A stretch of 14,442 nt of DNA, taken from assembly GCA_038320275.1 (NCBI GenBank), contig JBBQEB010000098.1:1-14442 (forward strand), written 5' to 3'. Source of the stretch: Myxococcales bacterium (GTDB lineage Bacteria > Myxococcota > Myxococcia > Myxococcales > Anaeromyxobacteraceae). Shown piece by piece: positions 9,951 to 14,442 of the stretch; position 1 is the first letter of the stretch, and each line of letters starts with the position of its first letter. The translations under genes were made by a program, and so were the position numbers. The notes beneath the pieces are model-generated. The model was not told the DNA's origin, searched no databases, and was given only the letters and a program-made list of their open reading frames with translations.

Positions 9951-10388
9951 CTACTGGCTTCGTCTGCCGCCCGGCGCCTTCTTCGACGGAGGCGTTTCCT
10001 CGGGTGGCACCGGAAGCCGTCTGGCCGCGGGGTAATCAAGTTCCGCCACGATCAGACCCACGAGCTTGATCGCACGGGGGGTGACGCGGCGGAGCCGCCG
10101 AACGACGCGACGGAGCGCAGGGCTGTCCCCGCCGTTCGACGTCGGTGCGGTAGCGAGGTGGCTGCCCCCCGGAGCCACACCCCTGCCGCCGGCTGCGTCC
10201 GTTCGCCCCAGAAGCACGTCGGCAGAGACGCCGAGCGCGCCACAGAGACGCACCAGCGTGGGAACGCTGGGGAGCGTTCCGCCTCGCTCGATGCGCGCGT
10301 AGAACTCGTAGGAGACGCCCGTTCGCTCAGCGGCGTCCTCCTGCGTGAGCTCGCGCGAAGCGCGCGCCTGCCGTGCAGCTGTTCCCAA
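9951..10388 (-). CDS. XRE-family HTH transcriptional regulator (native start apparently lost)
   Basis: (LAKT)LGTAARQARASRELTQEDAAERTGVSYEFYARIERGGTLPSVPTLVRLCGALGVSADVLLG is an HTH_3 domain, followed by the helix SPALRRVVRRLRR; only TTG start available, in-frame stops at 10425-10430. Confidence 0.82.
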   Translation of the reverse strand: MGTAARQARASRELTQEDAAERTGVSYEFYARIERGGTLPSVPTLVRLCGALGVSADVLLGRTDAAGGRGVAPGGSHLATAPTSNGGDSPALRRVVRRLRRVTPRAIKLVGLIVAELDYPAARRLPVPPEETPPSKKAPGGRRSQ

Positions 10389-10396
10389 AGTTTTGG

Positions 10397-10499
10397 CTAG
10401 AACACCGAATAGGTGAAAGAGATCTCATCACGCCACCTTGCGCTGGATGGCTTCCAAGTTCTGGATGGCCGAGGCGCGCCGTAGGTCGAAGAGGTTTCT
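10397..10499 (-). mobile_element. 3' remnant of an IS (IS1182/IS5-like transposase C-terminus plus right end at CTAG)
   Basis: Minus frame 10499-10428 reads RNLFDLRRASAIQNLEAIQRKVA*, recalled as resembling transposase C-termini ending RKNLFDLRR..IQNL; followed by ...TTCGGTGTTCTAG ending in CTAG (10397-10400). Family is from recall only. Confidence 0.55.
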
Positions 10500-10532
10500 G
10501 TAGCCGCCACCGGAGGGGGGTTCAGGCCCGGA

Positions 10533-11747
10533 TCACTGCTGCCCCGTGCCGCCCGTGTGCTCGCCGAGTCCTGAGCGCGCCTTCGCGACGCTGATCGCCC
10601 GCTCGTACTTGGTCTCAAGCCAGTTGACGCGTTGCCAAGCGCGCTCGAGTGGCTGGCCCTCGTTATCGACCGTGGGCTCAACGCAATTCTCTGCAACCTG
10701 TCTCGCTTCCGACGCGGCCTCCCCCCACGCCTTGAGCTGGGCCACCGCTGCATCCGTCTCGACGTCTCTCCCTGCTCGCCTCGCCGCGTCCTGAGCCGCC
10801 TCCAGCATGTCGAAGACGGTCTCCCACGCCGTCCCTGCTGCGTCAGACGCCAATCCAGCGGCGTGACCTGCTCTCAGCTCCTCCGACTTACGCCTCTTGC
10901 ACTCCTCGATCGCGGCACGCGCAGCGGACGCCTGCGCTTCAGTGTCTTGCTGCGTCATCGCACGCTCCAGGCTCCCGATCGCAGCGTGCGCTGCATTCTC
11001 TGCCTGGCCTGTGACGCGACACGATTCAGACCACCTCGCGGCGGCGTTGTACGCCTCCACGACAGCCGCGATTACTGCTCCCAGCGGTCCGGGTGCCTCT
11101 GCGGTCTGGGCGAAGCCACCGAGAGCCCGAGCCGCTGAGCGAGCATCGAGAGCAACTTGCCACGCCGTCATAGACACATCGTGATCCCGCTCAGCCAACG
11201 CGCTGTGGACGGCGTCGCTTGTCTCAAATGCGCTGAATGCTGTCGAGTTCGCCTCCTGCGCCAGAAGTGCAGCACGGTGCGCGTGGAGCGCAATTTCCCC
11301 GATCACCCGCGGGTGTGTCGATCCGCTGGCACGTGCCACCCCCGCGCTCCTCGCAGCCTGGGATGCTTCGCGGGCGATCGCGTCTGCCTCGGCTGCAAGG
11401 TCACGCGAGGCATCCTTTGTGAATTCGTCCCGGTAGATGCCCCGCTTCGCCCCTCCGGCCAGACGTTCTCGCGCGTACCGAACCGTGGCAATAGCTTGTT
11501 CAGCCGCGCGCTCAGCGGCGCTTACCGCCGCAGCCGCCGCGTCCCTCGCTACCGCCATGGTGGCTGGGTCCGGCGCGGCGATGACAGGCACAGGCGATGC
11601 GTCTGGAACAGCGCGCTGCACGGCGGCTGCATCAGCCGCGACAGCGGCGCGAGCCATCTGTGCCATCGCCGACGCGCGGCTCGACTTCGCCATGCTCCAG
11701 ACTCCAACCGCGATGATCACCAAGAGTAGTACGACAACGAGTTCCAT
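10533..11747 (-). CDS. Hypothetical membrane-anchored Ala-rich alpha-helical protein (404 aa)
   Basis: ATG 11747 starts a hydrophobic helix MELVVVLLLVIIAVGVW; long open frame; many A/T-ending codons; TGG-TAATAT 8 nt upstream. Confidence 0.72.
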   Translation of the reverse strand: MELVVVLLLVIIAVGVWSMAKSSRASAMAQMARAAVAADAAAVQRAVPDASPVPVIAAPDPATMAVARDAAAAAVSAAERAAEQAIATVRYARERLAGGAKRGIYRDEFTKDASRDLAAEADAIAREASQAARSAGVARASGSTHPRVIGEIALHAHRAALLAQEANSTAFSAFETSDAVHSALAERDHDVSMTAWQVALDARSAARALGGFAQTAEAPGPLGAVIAAVVEAYNAAARWSESCRVTGQAENAAHAAIGSLERAMTQQDTEAQASAARAAIEECKRRKSEELRAGHAAGLASDAAGTAWETVFDMLEAAQDAARRAGRDVETDAAVAQLKAWGEAASEARQVAENCVEPTVDNEGQPLERAWQRVNWLETKYERAISVAKARSGLGEHTGGTGQQ

Positions 11748-11755
11748 GTCGCCGC

Positions 11756-11764
11756 ATATTACCA
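11756..11764 (-). promoter_or_regulatory. Extended -10 (TGnTAATAT) for the Ala-rich gene
   Basis: Minus-strand TGGTAATAT followed by 8 nt and ATG; no SD. Confidence 0.5.
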
Positions 11765-11787
11765 GGCGCGGCGACGTGGCCGGCGCC

Positions 11788-12297
11788 CTACATCGTCTCG
11801 CCAACCGCGCTCAACCCGCTGCAGTAGGTCGCAAGGCACTTCCCCCGCATCGTCTCGAACCGCTCCCACTCGTCGCAGCCGAGATCGGCGAGCACGGCGC
11901 GGCCACAGCGCCACGCAGCCTCTTCCTCGGCGAGGATGGCGCGCTTCTCCTCCGGCGTGGCGGACTGTCCCGCGCACGCCCTGGCGTATGCGTCGTGCAG
12001 CTTGTCCGTTGGATCGGAGAGGAAGTGCCCAAACTCATGCGCCAGGACGCTCGCGTCCGTGTCGGGCTGCGTTATCAAGTCGGGCCTGTCCTGCGGATCC
12101 GGTGACCGCCCCGACCGGAACAGCCGGATTGATGGCAGCCCGTAGAAGCACCTGTACTCGCCGCCTCCGTTGAGGTCTCTGTCATCCAGCCTCAAAGCGT
12201 ACTGGACGGCGCCGGCGCGCAATCGTTCGTGCTCGCCGGCCAGTTCGACCTCAGCTCTCTTCCACAGCGCCTTGAAGCACTCGCCCGGAGTCGGCAT
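11788..12297 (-). CDS. ImmA/IrrE-like HExxH zinc metallopeptidase
   Basis: ASVLAHEFGHFLS (HExxH) and downstream ILAEEEAAWRCG (third-ligand E-x-x-A helix); 169 aa, no signal peptide. Confidence 0.7.
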   Translation of the reverse strand: MPTPGECFKALWKRAEVELAGEHERLRAGAVQYALRLDDRDLNGGGEYRCFYGLPSIRLFRSGRSPDPQDRPDLITQPDTDASVLAHEFGHFLSDPTDKLHDAYARACAGQSATPEEKRAILAEEEAAWRCGRAVLADLGCDEWERFETMRGKCLATYCSGLSAVGETM

Positions 12298-12419
12298 CCA
12301 CGGCGAGGGCTACACCACAAGTCTGACGCTTCTGTGCACCGGAGACGCGTCGCGCCGCCTCGCAGCGCCGCCTCGCGGCAAGGCCGCTGCGCGCGTCGTT
12401 TCTGGCCCCAGGAGCCTCG

Positions 12420-12540
12420 CTCAGCGGCGGGGTCTCCCACGTCGCAGTCGGGCGTCGGCTCGATCGACGGCGGGGCGCCGTGCCCGACGGCCACCGGCGG
12501 CTCGAGTGCTCGAGGATCTGAGCTCGAGGATCTTCCTCAC
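12420..12540 (-). mobile_element. Possible degenerate C-terminal remnant of an IS91-like (HUH/Y2) transposase
   Basis: Across frames: VRKILE[dup]H ... EPPVAVGHGAPPSIEPTPDCDVGDP, recalled as resembling the ILxHL..PP..AR.PP..DP tails of such transposases; GCTCGAGGATCT duplicated at 12508-12519 and 12522-12533. Confidence 0.3.
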
Positions 12541-12555
12541 TGTCCCCTGGTCGGC

Positions 12556-12960
12556 ATGGGGAGCGACCATCGCGCTCTCGTTCCTCTCGCGGCGCAATCA
12601 ACGCGGAGCACCCGTCGTCGCCGTCGTCCTCCAGGCGACCCTGGCTCTCGCGATGGTGGCGACGCCCAGCTTCGGAGCGCTGCTCGCGTTCATCGGGTTC
12701 ACGCTCTCGTTGAGCGCCGGCCTGACCGTGCTCGGCGTCATGGTCCTGCGGGTTCGCGAACCCGACCTCGCCCGCCCCTACCGGACCTGGGGCTACCCAG
12801 TCACTCCGCTCCTGTTCCTCGCCCTCTCCGCCTGGATGGTCGGGCACGCCGTGGTGGAGCGCCCCGACTCGTCGGTCGCCGGGGATCGCCACCATGGTGG
12901 CCGCCTTGTCGCTGTGCGCGATCCTCGCGCTCGCCGGCAGGTCCGGGACGACGGCCCCGG
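12556..12960 (+). pseudogene. C-terminal fragment of an APC-family amino acid permease, two frameshifts
   Basis: MGSDH (frame 1), then ALSFLSRRNQRGAPVVAVVLQ...LRVREPDLARPYRTWGYPVTPLLF...ERPDSSVAG (frame 2), then IATMVAALSLCAIL (frame 3) after GGGG at 12881-12884; N-terminal part absent. Confidence 0.8.
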
Positions 12961-12978
12961 CAGCTTCCGGAGCCGAGG

Positions 12979-13263
12979 ACCTACACGCCGGGCTTGTCGA
13001 CGTTTCAATGGATGGAAGACGGGCACTCGTTCGGCGGGACCCTCGACCCAAACACGTGTAGCGCTACGGTGTACACCACCATCATGCAGTCAGGCACTTA
13101 CCAGGGCGCCCCGACGTCGATCACGGACGCTCTCACGCGACATGTGAAGTTTGAGGGCAAAGGCCTGACGGGAACGGCTGACGGCAGCATCTCCAGTCAG
13201 CCTGCCGGAGTTCCCGGGATCCCCTGCCGGGTTACCCTAAACACCACGGGAACGAAGCAGTAG
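12979..13263 (+). pseudogene. 3' fragment of an unknown Thr/Gly-rich, probably exported beta-protein
   Basis: TYTPGLSTFQWMEDGHSFGGTLDPNTCSATVYTT...GLTGTADGSISS...PCRVTLNTTGTKQ* looks protein-like with 2 Cys; no plausible start or 5' part. Confidence 0.45.
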
Positions 13264-13504
13264 CCTGCAAGGACGTTAGGGCGGCTTGAGGCGGCTGCCG
13301 ACCGGCCGCCCTCGTCGGTTGCTCTTCCCGGGCCGTCGCCCGGTGTCGCCCGGTCGCCTGGCTCTGGACTCGCGAATGCCCCGCGCTTCTCCTGCATGTT
13401 GAGACGACGCCCGCGACGGCGCCGGACCCGGAAAAAGGAATCGATTTCGCGGACGGCACAGGCCTTGAGCCGGAACAGGCCCGGATCTCCTCCTGACACT
13501 TGGA

Positions 13505-14115
13505 TCAGCGTGGATCATGCGGTATGAGCGGCTCGTAGCCGCAGTGCCTGAACCAACCTCGGCGTCGGCAGCGCCGACGAGCTCCTTGGCGCGTTGGATG
13601 GCATGGTCGAGGTCGTCGCGGTGCGAGTGACCAATCCCCCAAGGCAGGAGTTCAATTTTGCTACAGCCCAGCTCGAGCCCAGCTCAATGGGGTTCAGATC
13701 CAGCGAGTAGGGCGGCAGAAAGAGGACACTGGCGCCAGCCATCCGATGAGGCGTTGAGGCGGCGGAGGTCCTCGTGGTTGTCGCGTCAACAATGTCGAAG
13801 GACGAAGTTGGCGCCCTGGCGAAGTCTGCGGACGAGCACCCGCGTCAGAAGAGCTTTGACAACCTCGGTTTCGGTGCCTGCCACGACGGTCATCATGGCG
13901 CGCACGCCGCGGACGTCGAGCACGCCGATCAGGGTCGTGACGTCGCCCCGGTTGCGCGGCACCTGCCCGTGCGCGTCCACGCCGAGGCGCTCGCGCGTAG
14001 TTGCGGGTCATCCGATCGTTGCTGCCCACCTCGGACGAGTTGCTGCGGGTCGAGCGTCCTGGCGATCTCGATGAACCTTCTTCGGAGATCCTGGGCCCTT
14101 CGGGACGGAAAGCTC
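13505..14115 (-). mobile_element. Degenerate IS630-family transposase (DDE_3), multiply frameshifted and 5'-truncated
   Basis: Fragments in shifting frames: LRRRFIEIARTLDPQQLV, EVGSNDRMTRNYARAPR, AHGQVPRNRGDVTTLIGVLDVRGVRAMMTV, AGASVLFLPPYSLDLNPIEL, GWFRHCGY..*(13507-13505). Confidence 0.88.
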
Positions 14116-14174
14116 GAGGCATCCCGAGCTCCCTCCGATCGGCCCGGGCCGCGCGTGGATTTCGCAGCCCGCAA

Positions 14175-14196
14175 TGTCAGATCCGCGTGCAAGGAT
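14175..14196 (+). promoter_or_regulatory. PafBC/RecA-NDp-like promoter motif
   Basis: TGTCAG-ATCCGCGTGC(N10)-AAGGAT versus consensus TGTCRG-N10-TAnnnT (one mismatch), 7 nt before ATG 14204. Confidence 0.5.
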
Positions 14197-14203
14197 GTTC
14201 ACG

Positions 14204-14442
14204 ATGCGTCGCGTGCCTGCCGAAGGTCCAAGCTGTTCCGCCGTGGCCCGGCAGGCCACCGGCGCGGGAGCGGTCGTGGACCTGGAGCCGTTCAGCTCGG
14301 CGGAGCTGGAGGCGCTCTTTCGCGGAGGCGAGGCGGAGGCGGACTTCTGCGAGACGGTCCTGGCGCGGGCGGCGCGGGGTCGGGGCGCGGCGGACGTCGC
14401 GCTGGCGGAGGGCCTCCACGCGCTGCGCCAGGGCGACCGGCT
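14204..14442 (+). CDS. N-terminus of a probable DUF222-like/HNH endonuclease protein (3' end outside window)
   Basis: MRRVPAEG...VVDLEPFSSAELEALFRGGEAEADFCETVLARAARGRGAADVALAEGLHALRQGDR; high GC3; ARGRGAxDVAxxEGLxALxxGDR recalled from multicopy Anaeromyxobacter HNH proteins. The HNH domain itself is not visible; alternative ATGs at 14174 and 14195. Confidence 0.55.
   Translation, partial: MRRVPAEGPSCSAVARQATGAGAVVDLEPFSSAELEALFRGGEAEADFCETVLARAARGRGAADVALAEGLHALRQGDR

Noticed and set aside
8102..10069. 655-aa plus ORF and 532-aa minus ORF overlapping the RIO kinase
   Set aside because: No motifs; explained by stop-codon scarcity in GC-rich DNA.
10443..10469. Direct repeat CTGGATGGC x2 upstream of the XRE gene as a possible operator
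   Set aside because: Better explained as the repeated A-I-Q codons in the transposase C-terminal remnant.
13264..13504. Possible ECF-type promoter and short minus ORF starting MQEKRG
   Set aside because: No recognisable protein, runs antisense into the beta-rich fragment, and the promoter match is vague.

Overview
High-GC bacterial DNA; gene content and style suggest Myxococcota (Anaeromyxobacter-like), which is an inference. Left part (1-9590) is intact, mostly housekeeping: an NfnA-type ferredoxin:NADP+ oxidoreductase subunit (runs off the left edge; absent from the ORF track), a flavin reductase, a DUF6544-like protein, an exported class I SAM methyltransferase, prfC (RF3), a vapBC-type toxin-antitoxin pair, zwf-pgl, and a divergent RIO1-like kinase with a long disordered, poly-Arg tail. 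Right part (~9600-14442) is an accessory mosaic with more A/T-ending codons: an XRE regulator apparently decapitated at CTAG by an IS end remnant, an orphan membrane-anchored Ala-rich helical protein, an ImmA/IrrE-like HExxH peptidase, several gene and IS fragments (IS91-like tail, APC permease, IS630), and the start of a probable DUF222-like HNH gene. Most notable signals: a PafBC/RecA-NDp-like promoter motif before the HNH-like gene (weaker copy before the peptidase), the peptidase/membrane protein/XRE cluster, a 23-bp bidirectional promoter candidate between zwf and the RIO kinase, and repeated leaderless gene architecture.
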